Below are positions 26,134 through 40,478 of a stretch of DNA of 64,000 bases, piece after piece; the stretch's first letter is position 1, and each line of letters starts with the position of its first letter. The stretch spans positions 25,668,001 through 25,732,000 of the forward strand of contig CM060731.1 in the NCBI GenBank assembly GCA_030704615.1, given 5' to 3'. Both the position numbers and the translations under genes were made by a program. The notes beneath the pieces were generated by a model. That model had not been told where the DNA came from. It ran no database searches and was given only the letters and a program-made list of their open reading frames with translations. This DNA is from Takakia lepidozioides. Taxonomy: Eukaryota > Plantae > Bryophyta.

Positions 26134-29100
26134 TTATCCGTCCAATCGTACGTATAGACCCCTCCTCGAACTTTTTGGTACCATGCTAACCCAAATCTCC
26201 ATATGAGAAGGACGCTCCAATAAATCAACAGAATCCCTACACTCTACAAACCGCTTATTGATTTTCCTCCGCATTCTTTGAACCCTGCCCAAATACCAAG
26301 TACATTTGGTTGCTCCTCTGCAGGTTTTCCGTGGTCTGCCTTTCCTGTTTGTAGTTTGGATCGCAGTCTCCTCATCAACAAAAAATATAGCACAATCCGA
26401 AACCAATCCCAAGCTCGTGGTTTTGTTGTTGGTAGTTGGTTTGTTTTCTCGGCAAAACAACATCGATGCACTTATTACTCGTGTCAATCTATCATTGGAT
26501 AGAGTAGGGTTGTCATTGAGTTGGCTAACCAAAGTGCTCTTGAATATGGTCTTCCCATCTACTTCGACAAATGGAACCACCGCCTTCGAACCATCTTTCT
26601 CTTGTTCAAACTCATCAATGACAGCATCCAGAGTATGTCTCAATTCACTTTGAACAAGTACCTCTTCCGCATGATCATCCAAAGGTTGGCTCAAACATCC
26701 TCCATTGAATTTGAAGGCCCGCACACCAATTCATTCTCCACGACCTCATTTTGAATATGTGTGTCTGCATTAAGAGGACAAATAGAATCTATGGCATCGA
26801 CATCATCACCCTACTCTTCCATGCTTTTGAATAGCTCAGCTTCCATTTGTCTCTCAATTGTCCATGGCTCATTTCACCAATCCAAGTTTGTCACTTTGTT
26901 TGGTTTCATCCCAAGTTTATGACATAAAAGTTGCGCTTCTAGAAATCCAGTTTTCAAAGCCTCCACAATGCAATCATCCCATTGGACAGTAGAAAAGTCA
27001 GACAAATCAGCAAGGGGGATACCTGGCTTCTTCTCCAAAGAAAACCAAATGTGTTCTTATTTTTTGTGAACTCTTGAGAACTTGGGTCCTTTTGGATTCA
27101 CCTCGAACTCGGATATGCGTGTTAATGTTCTCGCACTCTCAATCAAATCACACCCGTCATATGTCCTCTCATTCCGTAACATACCTCCCACTTTGCTCAA
27201 GAATATTTCACACACATCTGAATCAACAAGGCTCAAAGGAACTTGCACATGATTAAACTTATCATTCAACAATTTGATAAGCAGAACCACGTAGTGGCAT
27301 GAAATTTGTAAATCCAAGTATGCTCCCCTGCTAATGAAGAAGGATTTCAGATTATACACCTCGTGGTGGAATAGCCACAACTTCCACAATCTGAAAAAAA
27401 ACGATACCTTCGCAGAAGATTGTACCATCTCACACAATGACATGTGAGGAGACAAAAAAATGTCGATGTAGCATGAAATGATGTGTAGGTAAATTTCAGT
27501 ACCTTTGGTCCTCTCCCTTTGATGATTCACAATTGATTGTAACTCCCTCAAATAAGCTTGCACCTTCCGAGATGCTAGTCGTTGAGCTGCTTCCCAATTC
27601 TGTCGATCTTCTCTTTTGATATCACCTTCCCGAAGTCCATGCTTGTCCACTGAAAATGAATGGTAGACCAATAACACATGATTCAATGTAGCAACCTCAT
27701 CACCCAACACCAAAGTCCGTGATGCATTGTCCAAGGGATTTACCATTTTCTTCTCATATTGGATGAAGTCCTGATCATGGAGTCCGTATATATCTCCCTC
27801 GTTGCACACTCAACCATCATTCCCAAGAGATGCAAAATCTACTTCCAGCCCCATTGGCATAATCTTCTAACTTCACTTTTCTCCTCCTACTATCTCCGTC
27901 TGAAGCATGCCCAATTATAGGCCCAACCACGTCCCTCACGTATTTGTCCCACAACTACCTCACCACTTCCCATTGTGATCTCACAAAATTGTTGTCAAAT
28001 CTATTGCAAGTGAGTTGGATTACTAATACCAATCGAGGTAACCGTACATGTAGAGGGTTTGCTATCAACACTCTGGCGTAATGGGCAAAAACATTGTTTT
28101 TGAATGCCTCCACAATATGTTCGTGCCCTGATTCTCCTTCTCCCACTTGCATCACAAAATCTGAAATACATACATGGTTGTCTTGAAGCCCACAGAACCC
28201 GAGAAGGGTGTCATCCATAGCAATCCAACGTACCAATCGCTTCACAACAGTTTTATCTTCGGCCACCATCACTGGGATGCTTCCCATTGGAATACTTGCA
28301 TCTTCCATCACATCTCTGTAAATTCCAGCCACATGCTGAAATATATCATCCCTTTCTCCCGCTCTATACTTCAAACTCTTCCTCAAAGACCGTCTTGTAG
28401 TATCAATAGAAGGACCCCCCACATTTGAAGCCAAAAAATGATGCAATCTCGGACCCCCCCAAAGCTGCACAGTCTCAAACATTGTTTTTCTGCTAGTACC
28501 ATAACTCTTCCCTTGTGGAGATTTGTCAGTATTCTTGCCCATATCAACAAGAAAGTCCCACAAACTTTCTTTTCCTTCAAAATCCCCCCTCCTATGTGCA
28601 TCAACAATATCATGACAAAATTTGAGAACATCTCCTCTTTCAATTGCCTCAATCCCAGACTCCTTCAAACTCCACTTTGGTCCTGGCCTCCCACAATTTG
28701 AACCTCAACTGCTTGTTTTTGTAAACTTGTTTGACAATCTCGGCGTTTCCAAGATATGACAGCCTTCTTCCCTTGCCAGTATCTCTCTCCCCTCTACATT
28801 CCATGGCACCTCTCTCTCTATATACCCTCATTCTGAAGTCATTTTCCAAGGGAATAGAAGAACATATTGAACACCTCAAGTTTGGAAATGGCTCCCCATC
28901 CAATGACACTCTAAAACAATCCGCGTGCCGAAACGTACCAACAACCTTATGATCTTGATTGTTTAGAGTGATGGTTGCATGTGTCAACGGCTCGACATAC
29001 CACTTCTTTTCTCCCTTGCTATCTTGAAGGAATGGTTTTAGACTTATTCTCTTGTGGTTGTACTCCCTTCATTCATCCCATAGGCCCCAACATAAACTCT

Positions 29101-30390
29101 CTCTTCCTTTGTTGTATTGGGACCTTCGTTGTAATTGTCAATCCTCAATCTGATCTCCCTTTTGGGCAGCGTCAACACAAACGTATGGAGTTTGTGATGA
29201 GGATGCTCCCATTGTTGATGCCACAATTGGATTGTCAAGTGATGGGGACGGCAACACAGGTTGACTGACCAAGAAAGAGCTAGATCTTGTTGCTTTACAT
29301 CTTTGGCAATCATGGGCTTTGGAGGCCTTCCTTTTTTTTTGCACAGTCCTTCACTACTTCCAACCTTCTGGCAAATCTCTGCATCCACATGGGTTTTTCC
29401 TTTCACATGCTTTGTCAAAGAAGATTGCAAAGAACCTGTCCTTGGAAACAAGAGTAGCCATTTCGAATCAATTGCGCACTTAATCCTTATGGAACCCAAC
29501 TGCGAAATGTCTCCAATTGTGGCTTCCACAATCTCAAATCTGTTTCCAGGATTGTCCTCACAGAACCGAGCGACTTCCTCTACTGCCTCTTTCACCCTGT
29601 TCTTCTTTGCATCTAATGCTTCCTCTGCATTTACAGGGCTGATGACACCTTGTGATGAACCCTTCCCATGACGTCTCTCATAGGCTATACGATGCCCTTC
29701 ACTCCTCAAATGAGATCTCATAAAGTTTGCACATGCATCATATGTTTGTTTTTTTTCCCAGACCGTGCATAAACATCCTCACACTCAACACACCATATGT
29801 GGAACATTGCTTGTCCTTGTTGATCATTTGTCATGAGCTCAAACTTGTCACATCGTCCTTCTGCAGAGATTTTCCTTTCAACGGCTCTAATCTCTTTCTG
29901 CCATTTTTTAATATCGTTGGATGTAGCCAATGTGCTGCACAATCTATCAGATCTCTGTTGAAGTGCATGCTCATGTGCATGGTCTTCATTTCCACCATCG
30001 CCAGCAAAGGTAGTGTCAGGGTCCATCCTCATCTTTTTAGACACTGGTGTCGGGTCCTCGCCTGGTATGTCCTCATGCAAGATCGTAGAACCACTGGAGG
30101 ATATAGGTCTTTTCAATCCTTGGTCCCCATCATTTTGGTCTGAAATCTTAATGTGTATAGTATCCCCTTTCAGAACCATCCTATCTTCCTGCTTGGCTGA
30201 AAGGACACTAACCCCCATGGAAAGGAAATGAAATTTTCCTAAGACAAGCTCATCACCTAGAATTTCTGCTCGGATGCATTTGTATGTGACACCTTGCATA
30301 GTGAACACAGAAACAAGCCTGTTTGGGTGATGCATCTCCTCCAACGAGCAAGACTTTTACTTCCAACTCTTCTTCCATGATGAGTTCACC
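26134..30390 (-). pseudogene. P-superfamily-like DDE transposase with N-terminal C2H2-like fingers; stops and frameshifts
   Basis: VAEDKTVV...LLGFCG; IIGHASDGDSRRRK; HDQDFIQ..KKMVNPL; EDRQNWEAAQ; GTEIYL; SDVCEIFLSKVGG. N-terminal CVEC...HLRSEGH. Confidence 0.7.
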
Positions 30391-30559
30391 TGCAAAATGC
30401 AATGAAACATTTCAAATCAGACCTTGATATACCAATAACAAAGTACCCGGGTTGGAAGGTTTCAAAGTCCTGTTTTTTACAGCCCTATAGGCTGTCCAAG
30501 CAGGGACTACGTTGATAAGAGGATGAAATGTGTACAGAAGCAAGTACCTGATTGATTAG

Positions 30560-31890
30560 AACGTGCTAATTCTTGCTGCTGCTATTGACCAAGTGCTGTC
30601 ACTTCCACTGCTGGTAGCCTTCTTGGGTGATCCTGAACCCACAGTCCATCCCTGCATCAGCAGCTAGCCCTCCCTCCACACTAACATATTTGAATACAAA
30701 GTTCTGTCAAACTCCCTACGATGTTGTATGAAGAAAGCTCACCTTGTTGACAATATTGTCCCACCGCTGTGGATCATATTTATAGAACTCATGCCAACGC
30801 TGTTCCTTGCTCCAAATCTGGCCCTCTTGGATGATTCTGCACCCACAATCCTCTCCCTGCATCAACAGCTACCCCTCCCTCCACACTAACAATGCGTACA
30901 TCATGCCTCTGCTGCTACTACTGTGGCTTCCAGTTGACCATCTACCCATGCAGGTTTCTTGTAGCTATCCTTCCACATGGAATCATGGGTAATCTGGAGC
31001 TTGAAATCCGGCCATGTGGAAATTTAGGGACGACTATGATAACAGGGAAAAACAAGCTGAAATGTGTTGAAAAATGTACCTTTATTAGCAGTCCTTTGTT
31101 CTATCAATTGCGCTGCTGCCGCTGCTATTTCCAGTTGACCATCTACTCACATTGTCCCACCATTGATTGGGGTCAGAAAAGTATTCATTCCTTGAAAGCT
31201 TCTCTCCATCTCTGTTATCTTTTTTAGGTACTTTCCTACTGCCACTTCGGCAGTAACTTGCAAAGTCACTCCAAAACACCGCAGATCCACCCAACGAGCT
31301 AACTTACAGAATTCAATACATATGCAATTTCAAGGCTCAGTCTGATGAGAGGGAAAAATAGGCTGAAACAGGTCAAACCAGAAGGTGCCCTCAGGCTGAA
31401 ATGTGTTGAAGAAGGTACCTTCATCAGCAAGTGCCTTGCTCTATCAATTGCGCTGTTGCCGCTGTTGTTTCCAGTTGACCATCTACCCACATTGTCCCAC
31501 CATTGACTTGGGTCAGAAAAGTGTCTCATTCTCCCCTCCCTCCACACTCTGTTATTTGTTTGTAGGTACTTTCCTGTTGTCACCTCGGCAATAACTTGCA
31601 AAGTCACTCCAAACCACCACATATCCACCCAACGAGCTAACTTACATAAATATGCAAATTCAGGGCTGAGTCTGATGAGAGGGAAAAACAGGCTGAAATA
31701 GGTTGAAGAAGAAGATGCCCTCACCACAAATGTGTTGAAGAAGGTACCTTCATCAGTAGTGCCTTCCTCTATCAATTGCGCTGCTGCCGCTGCTGTTTCC
31801 AGTTGACCATCCACCCACATTGTCCCACCATTGACTGGGGTCAGAAAAGTGTCTCATTCCAAAGCTTCTCTTCATCTTTGTTATTTGTTT
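30560..31890 (-). repeat. Degenerate tandem array of OSB-type PDF-motif coding fragments (left part)
   Basis: FSDPNQWWDN, FSDPSQWWDN, WPDFKLQITHDSMWKDSYKKPAWVDGQLE in ~330-bp units. Confidence 0.7.
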
Positions 31891-31899
31891 CTCTAGTCT

Positions 31900-32307
31900 C
31901 TAGATTCCATTCAAGTGGGGGTGCTTAAGGAGTGTATGTCAGCATGCTCCAAAACAACCAATGTGGCTATTCGAGGTGAGTTTGGCATTCCGTCCTTACG
32001 CTCCCGACGAGATGAATTCAAAGGTCAGATGGTGGGGTTAGCTGCAATATATGTCCAACACCAGATATCCTAAGTTAATCAACTCTATATCTTGGAAACA
32101 TCGACTCTATATCTTTAAAACTACATGCTCTAGCTTAGGCTTGGATTTCATGGCTAATGGTTCCATCTTGAGACTTGATAACATGGGTACGTTGAAGGTT
32201 GCAATGACCAAAAGTGCTTCTAATAGAGTCCCACATCAATTCAATCTCAAAGAAGTTCGTCCCTTGACTGGCTGGAGAGCGGTCTTAGACAAGACGAGCA
32301 AAATCTG
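31900..32307 (+). mobile_element. LINE ORF2 fragment, C-terminal to RT
   Basis: CSKTTNVAIRGEFGIPSLRSRR...RYPK. Confidence 0.6.
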
Positions 32308-32990
32308 TGTCGTGCGCATACATATCGCTACACAACGACATCGCTGTCCAAAACCACACAACACATGTGCACGCCAACACACTAGTATATCACTAGTCCA
32401 CCACCCTAGTCCAGCCACTAGTCCAACCACTAGGCTATAACTAATCAGTCACTATGCTGCCACTATGCTACCCACTATGGCAGTCACTAGTCCACACAAT
32501 AGATAACGAAAGAAGAAAGAAGAAGACATACAAGCACAAGCTCACAAGCTAAAGCATAAACTCATGCATATATAACCTCATCACTCAAATACAAGTCAAG
32601 CCAAGTGACACCCACGCCATGGGGAATCCACACTACGGCGCCATACTAGGCGCGGTGAGGCTCAACTCGAGAAAGATGAGCCTCCCGCGCTTGCCGTGAA
32701 GATAAACACTCTAGGGCCTAAATCTGCCTTGACCCCTGGATTGACACTTGGGCCAATCCCAAATGTCAATATGTAAAAACTAGCTATTTCCTAGCTAGTT
32801 TCACACTAGTGGTAAAATAACTTGACAGCTGTCGTGCGCATACATATCGCTACACAACTACATCGCTGTCCAAAACCACACAACACTAGTATATCACTAG
32901 TCCACCACTAGTCCAACCACTAGGCTATAACTAGTCAGTCACTAGGCTGCCACTATGCTGCCCACTATGGCAGTCACTAGTCCACACAAT
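32308..32990. repeat. Left terminal block A(32308-32500)-B(32502-32613)-C(32614-32664)-D(32665-32827)-GC-A'(32830-32990)
   Basis: Direct comparison with 42059-42332; internal junction TTGACA-GC-TGTCGT. Confidence 0.9.
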
Positions 32991-33254
32991 CGCCCCCCTA
33001 GCTGGTGCTTAGGTCCCTCTAAGTCCAGGTAGCCACAAGATGTGATAGTGACCATAGCCTCACTAAGTCCTCCACCACTATCCCTACTACAACTCAAACT
33101 TGATAGATCAAGAGGCGGGTGCAAGAGTTGCCCCATCGTTAGTCGCCGTTGCAACCTATGAACTTGAGCTTGGGATCTCATGATTGACTCCTATGAGCTT
33201 GGCCTCCATGTCTTGTTAGCTGCCTCCAGTCATGTCCACTGCCACTATCCAAGC

Positions 33255-33387
33255 AATGTGGACACAACCAATCTCCGTCAGGAACCTTCTCAGAGGTGGT
33301 GTCAAGCATCCCATATGCCAACCCCTTGAGCATCGATCACACACCAGCATGGTGGCTGCCCCTTTGGCAGACCCACAGAGCATGCAC
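33255..33387 (-). other. PHD finger at the integrase C-terminus
   Basis: CMLCGSAKGAATMLVCDRCSRGWHMGCLTPPL..VPDGDWLCPHC (C4HC3). Confidence 0.9.
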
Positions 33388-33399
33388 CTCAACCTGCAG

Positions 33400-36250
33400 G
33401 TACCACTGCCAAGTTTGGGTCAACTCTGCCATCGACATTGGGACATGGCGCACAATTACGCACATGGTCCTTCCAAGTCATGCCATCCTGACCCTCCAAG
33501 ATCAGGACCCCTGAAGGCAACACCTCTCGAACCCTCAGAATAACACGCCCTGCAGTAACATCCAGAGTCGTAGGAGCAGTCTGCTGCAAATAAACATAGT
33601 CACAGGGCTAAACCTCCGAACCCCAGGACGATATCCTCCACCACGTATAGTGGCATACCTCAACGTATCACGGTGTTGTGCATTGGCAAGGTTCTCAAAA
33701 GCCATGGGCATGACTTTCTTGAACAACTCTGCACGATGATCACATGCACGTACCCACACGTCCGGATCATCAAGGTTAAGGACTTGAGCAGTGTCCCTAC
33801 GAATGGCTGCAGGCAAATCCGGCTCTCGGCCAAATAGAAGGAAATATGGTGAGAAGGAGGCAAGTGATGCTTGTTTGCTGAACCTGTAGCCCATGGCTAA
33901 CCAAGGAACCTGAAGATCCCAATCTCCTAGGTGTCCCTTCTGCAAGCCATACTTGCTCAAACCCCTCTTCACCGTCTGAACAACTCTCTCTGCTAAGCCA
34001 TCGGCCTCAGGATGATCCCGAGAAGTGGTGCGGTGGTCTATCAAGGCTTTATCACACAAAGCCTGAAACTCCCCCAAGAACTCTCTCCCTTGGTCCGTGA
34101 GTACCTCAGCTGGAGCACCAAATCGGCTAAGCACAGGATCCAAGAATGCATACACAGCCCCCTCACTAGCCTTGTCAGGCAATGGAACCAACTCAATCCA
34201 CTTGGAGAGAAAGTGCTCCACCATCACCAACACTATCTGTGGTGGCGCATAGTCAGTGGCAACGGTCCTACGAAGTCAAGACTCCACCTGTAGCCCAATC
34301 CATGATTGATAAAGGATGCAACTGTGGTGTAGGGGCGTTGAATGAAGCACGCACCCTGTCACACACCATGCACCTAGCCACGAACTTTGCACCTCTGTAT
34401 GCATACCACCACCAATACTACCCCTGCAGTAAACTGTGAGTGCGTCGCACTCCAAAATGCCCCAACTCCTCATGGGCATGCCGCACTAACCGTGCACGCT
34501 GTGTGGGGGTGAGGCACAATCCTCACCCGACCATCCTCCCACACTCGAAGTAGGTGTATCCCCCCACTTGAACCTCTTGGCTCGTTGCAGGATCCGATCC
34601 CTCTCCCTGGCAGTCACAGTGGCTGCCGTGTCTCCCGTGCGGAGGTAGTCCAACACAGTCGAATCCTCATGTATATCTCTGGCACCACCTGGCTCATCAC
34701 TAGCCTCAGGGTCCTCAGACACTCCGTCTACAGTCATCCCTATTGTAGGTCCAACCTGACCTCCCGATGCCAAGATACACAAAAATACAGATGCGTGCCA
34801 TCCTGGCACCATCTCCTCGTCCGTCTCACCATGCCGCCAAGCTCCAGTGTCATCCTGCTGGCTCATGCATGGATTGCGACTCAATCCATCCGCATCCCGA
34901 TTGACCAAACCCGGTCGATGCAAAACCTGAAAGTCATACTCCTGGAGTATGAGTGCCCACCGTGCAAGCTTTCCCGTAAGCTTGTCTGACTCCATCAACC
35001 ACTTGAGTGGCTGGTGATCTGTGACAAGGGTGAAAAGATTGCCGTATAGATAGCACCTGAAGTGTGCCACGGCCCACACTGCAGCTAAGCACTCTCCCTC
35101 ATATGAGCTTGTACTTAGCCTCTGCAGCGTTGTTCGAGCGGCTAGCATAAGCCACTACGAACTCTCTTCCCTCATCATCCACCTGTGTGAGCACCGCTCC
35201 AAGCCCAGCATGCTCCAATCCGTATGCAGCTGAAGGGACGCCCCCTGATAGGTCGTCTCAGGATAGGCGCCGAGGTCAACCTCGCCTTGAGCTCTTGAAA
35301 AGCTCGTTCCTGCTCATCTCCCCACTGCCACTCCTGGTCCACCTTGGTCAGCTTGGTTAGAGCCTTTGCAATGGTATTAAATCCCTTGACAAACCGTCTA
35401 TAATAGTTTGCCAACCCCATGAAAGCTCGAACTCGGCTCACATCCGTGGGGCATGGAATTTGTGCAATGGCCTCTACCTTAGTCTGCTGTACCCCCAATC
35501 CTCCAGGATATATCATGTGACCCAGATACTCAATCTGGTTGTGGAAAAACTTGCACTTCCCCGGATGCAACTTCAATCCGTGCACTCTCAAGCGCTCCAA
35601 TACAACTGAAGGTGTCTCTCATGCTCCTCCATTTAACACTAAAGATGATGATGTCATCTATGTAGCACCGAGCAAAGTCCACCCCTGCTAGAATCATATC
35701 CATGACTCTCTGAAACTCTGCAGGAGCATTCTTAAGCCCAATGGTAAGAACCGCCACTGATATAGGCAATCATTGCCGTGCTCATTGATCCCCCAGAATG
35801 TCGTCTTCTGCTTGTCCGCCTCCTTGATTGGCAACTGGTGATATCCGGATCGTAAATCCAAGGCCTTAGCATGCCCGATGGCATCAAAGATCTCCTTTGG
35901 TGTTGGCATGGCATACTTATCGGACTTGGTCTGACGATTTACAGGCCGGTAATCACCGCACAATACGTCTCTCCGTCCAATTGCCATAGACATCTTTCTT
36001 GGCTGGCATCACTGTGGCTGAAGCATACTCTCCACCAGAGAGCTTCACCAAACCTGCCTCCCAAAGATCTTGAGTCCTCATCTGAATCAAAGACCTCTCC
36101 ATGTCACTGTTTGTATCTATAGGGTCTCCGAAAGATTGGCGTGTCAGTGGCCAACTCAATACGGATCTCTTGACCCTTCAGTGCTCCAAGTCCTTCAAAC
36201 TGAAGGCAAAGCAATTCTTGTAAGCCCTCAGGAACCGCCGTATACGTCGT
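33400..36250 (-). pseudogene. RT, RNase H and integrase of the second Gypsy element (frameshifted)
   Basis: CGDYRPVN; LDLRSGYHQ; GLKNAPAEFQR; YIDDIIIFS; SSYEGECLA; VTDHQPL; TDQGREF; ADGLAER. Confidence 0.93.
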
Positions 36251-36669
36251 CTCTCTCCTCCGGTGACAATGGGTCCAATGTCAGGCTCCCAATTGTCCTC
36301 CGTAACTGCAAACTTAAGTCCAGTGGTCTTAGAGGTAGAGGACGCGTCCAGTGGTTGCTATGTTGCAACGTCTTGAGCAGTACTCGCTGCCTGCTCAGTC
36401 AATGACAAGGCCTCATCCTGCCCCATCATCTCATCCTTGAGGACCTCCTCAACCCGAGAAGAATCCCCAACCTCATTCATCCATCACAGCCGCCTTGGCT
36501 GCCAACTCCCTCTGAACCTCGAGCACCTCCCACGTGTGCCATGGAGCATGCACCCGTGGTCCTCACATGCTTGCCCCCCATCACTGCCTGTATGTCTCGG
36601 TAGGCAGAGAGACCATCGAGGGAAGTGTACTCCGCACTCTGCGTTGCTCAGCCAGAGCCAAGCTGATAA

Positions 36670-37610
36670 TCCAGGTCAAGCAATTGAGATCCATTGCTTG
36701 CCCCAACACTTGACGACGTGATGCATCAGAAAGAGACGACACCGCCGTGGTTACCGTGGTAAACCCCATTGCACGCTCACGCTCGTCAGCATTAGGCTTC
36801 CACTAACTGCTGCAACTGAGCATCCCACAGGAGGCAGGTCCACTATCCCGGAAATCATGCGATCCTGGGAAGCTAGCAGTGTAGGTAATGCTGCTCATGG
36901 TTGATTCACTTGTTGACCACTGCCAAAGGCGAACGGTCATAGTGTCTCACACGCTGAGACTGCCTCCCTGTGCCCGAATGCTTCCACTGTGAGATGTGCT
37001 AGCCGCTGCACCCCATCAAATGCACGCTTGAGCAGTGCGATGGCACATCAAGTTAGTCCACCATAACCGTGGACGATGAGCCCGTGACCCCACTGTAGCT
37101 GCATCTAGCAACACTGCTGACCCGCCATGACCGGACTTGATGCACACTGGCCATCACCCTGGCCCGAGAAATCGCCCATCAGTGGCACATTCTCCAAGAT
37201 GTATGCTGGAGATACAGCTTGATGACGCTGCAAGTGGCGCAAAACCGCACCATATCCCAAAACAGACCCGACTCGAGTCTCGCAATCCATTGCCATGCCC
37301 GGCTGATGAATGCCCTTGGCAGGGCCACCTGCCACTACCAGATCAATGGAACAACTCGCTCCAAATCCTGCGCCCCCAGCAACGAAATGTCTGCTGGCAG
37401 GCTGCTGATATCCACGAATTGCAGACACCGACAACAACTGAGGGTACCGCTTGCACCAACTGAGCAACATGTGACGTGACCAGTAAGTGAAACACGTCGG
37501 CAGTCTCATCCCTCTCCACATACAGGTAACGCCGACACTCGTACATCTGCTTGTAACACAGCAGCCAATCTGGTGCTGATCCCACCAAACAAGTCCAGAA
37601 GACCAAATGC
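36670..37610 (-). pseudogene. C5 cytosine DNA methyltransferase domain (DNMT3/DRM-like) within pol
   Basis: Motif I LDLFGGIS; II YLYVERDE; IV (G.)PCQG; VI ILENVP; VIII RAHRPRLWWTNL; IX ERERAMGF; X RRQVLGQAMD. Confidence 0.9.
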
Positions 37611-38099
37611 CTTCATCCCGGATACTGCCAACAATAGGCTTGGGGTTCCAATGGAGACAATTGAGGTGGTCCTGGGGCAATCCCCGCACTCTCCTCCTCT
37701 CTTGATATTACAAAAGCCTCCACCCAGGATGTTGCCACTCGTTGATCAGCATCACGCTGCAAATCTTGCTAGTGCCCACAATGGAGGTCTGAGCAACCAT
37801 GGTAGGAATCCGCCATACCATACATGTCATCCTGCTCTCCCGGATGGTGGCACATCCTCTGAAGAGCGTTGCCCTCAAGCAACTCTCTAGGCCAACTAAC
37901 TGCCGCGTGTGAATGCTGCTAGTGTCGGGACATCTTGCCTCGTTAGGCAACCGCAACTCCTCCTATTGAACGTCATAGGGAGCACACACGACGACCTCCC
38001 TGACTGCCATGCAGGCCTATGGGAAGCTGACCCTCCTCCCAAAAATCAGGGTGAAGCCCATGGGGTACAACACTGCCCCACCAACCAGGACATCGTATG

Positions 38100-40478
38100 A
38101 GACCGCGTCTATCACAATGGCCTTGGCTCACATCACTGAGCATCTGTAGGGTGGATCCGGCCGTAGTCTGATAACCCACTCACGCAGTGTCATGCCCCGG
38201 AGCCTGCTCAGATCCACCAGAGACGTATGTATTTGGAAAGGACAAGGCTTCCATATCCGCTCCGTGACGCCCAAGCCTGCAATAGCAGCTCTGCCCAGCA
38301 TCAATGGATGAGCTCCCGAGACCAAACAAGACCCGCAGTGGTCGGTACTATGCCTGCGGTCCCACTCAAACAGAAAATGCCATCCTGGTTGTCTAACATG
38401 ACAAGCCAGGTGTCACCATGGCGCGCTCAATGGCTGGCTAGCTGGCAGCTCCATCAACCTGGCAGTGCAGCTTGCCATGCGCCGCCGTGGCAGTCTTGAC
38501 CCTCAAATCCGAGGATCCTCGGGCACTACACCTCCCACTATCGCGCAGACGATGGAAGTAACCTCCCCACTCTCACAGAGTGTAGCTGCCAGCCTGAACA
38601 CTCAGCTGGTCTTACCCCGGCGTCGCAATCATGGTAGCCGAGAATAATGGAGCCTGACACACAGATGTGGCCGCTCCCAGCAGCACACTAGCTGCCTAGT
38701 GTTGGCAACACTACGTATGGTGCTACCGTGTAGCTCTCCCAATGGAATAGTAACCTCCGCCTCGGTAACAGTCGGGCGAAAACTAGGTGCCATGGATGGC
38801 GTCGACACTGTCTCCGCCAATGTGAAGACTGAGGAAGCCTAGCCTGACGACTTGCCTACCCACGTTGTGCATCCAACTCCACACCTCTACACCCGTGCTC
38901 AGGAACTCGTGCTGCTCCTCGAGTCACGGCTGCAGTAGAATGACCTGCACTAGTGGTAGTGCTGCTCCGCACATGAATCCCATGCCTACCATATCTCCTC
39001 CCTCAGGAACAGGAGGTGGACCTCGGCCTTGGAGCCGGTACCACCTGAGTTGTAGCCATGGCAGCGAGCCTCTGCTCTAGCTGCTGAAGCCGGTTGGCCA
39101 TGCCTGGTCACCACCCTGACCCCGCGTCCTTGGCCATGTTGAGCTTGTTCTTGGCCTGCACCTCGTGCCTGGCCACCTCGTCCTCTCGGGCTGCTCCACC
39201 TCGCCCCGGCCACCATTGTTCCCTTGGAACTGGCCTAGGCGCAACTCAGGATGCAAACCATAACACTGGGTCTCTCCATGCCCGTGTTTGCCACAATGCC
39301 CGCACTGCAACTGTGCAGGCTCTGCATATGCTAGCCCTTTGCCTCCCCTTGGGCATCCTTCTGGACATAGGATCCTCCACATGTCCAACACACCACATCT
39401 GCCCGTTGTTGGCCTGCAATGAGGGAGAGGACCCTGCATCTGAGGTCCTCTCTGTCCTTCCTTTGGCTTCACCTGGACCCCTTGTTGCCTTGAGCATGTT
39501 GAGGAGTGGTTAGCTAGGAGCACCACCACCCCGTGGTGTCTCCTTAGCAAATCCCACCATGACCACTCGTTCCTCCACCATGTTGAGCTCTATCCGCTCT
39601 GCCAGCAAAAACACATTTGCTAAGGTGGGTTAGGCCGCTTCTAGAAGAGTTGCATCCTGCACCCTTCTCCTCAGCTCTTTGTCCAATATCCCATACCAGA
39701 ATTGGACTGCCTGAGCTTCCGTAACCCCTTGGGTTACATTTATCAAGCGCCTCATGCGAGTGAAAACCTCCCTCAAGCTCTCAGTCGGCTTCCGTTGGAA
39801 CTCTTGCAAGCTCCGCAACTTCTCTGTCCCCACCCCTTGGTAGTTCCCTCTTAACTCTTTGAAGAACTCCACAACAGGGTTGAAGGCAGGCACCGCCACT
39901 GGTGCTGGTGTAGCAGTAGCTTGGGTGGATGTTGTAGCTATGGTATCACCAGTCCCACTGCTGCTTGCTGAAGCTGCCGGTCTAGCCACTGCCCTTGTGG
40001 CTCTAGTGCCCCTAGTGATGGAGACATAGTCGGGTGACCAGTACATCCTCCACTCCTCGATCTCAACCTCATGACCCCACCTGAACTCATGGTAATCATC
40101 CATAGGCGGCCCCTCAAGGTGCTGAAACAGCCCCTTCCATGCCATGAAAGGCGTAAATAGTTGTGGATTGCGCATTTGCTGCAAATCACACCAACTATCA
40201 AACTCTTGGATAAAATCATCCAACTCAATGGTGCCCACCGTCCCAGAGTACCTTCGTGGCCCCTTGGTAGCTCCATACATCTCTTCCATTGTGTCCCACA
40301 ACAATGGCAAGGAAACAACTTGCATCGCCGGTGTGAGTCTTCCTGATTCACAATCTGAATCAAAACCTTCCGTAGAAGACACAGGAGGTGAAGGTGGCCT
40401 AAACCGCACACCTCGTCTCGTGTACCCACTAGTATCGCTAGTGCTCGAACCGGCACTCTCCCCAGCAACTAGTGGCAC
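38100..40478 (-). pseudogene. gag and protease of the second Gypsy element
   Basis: FQRKPTESLREVFTRMRRL; CGHCGKHGHGETQC knuckle; degenerate protease site SGAHPLMLG (~38310). Confidence 0.8.
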
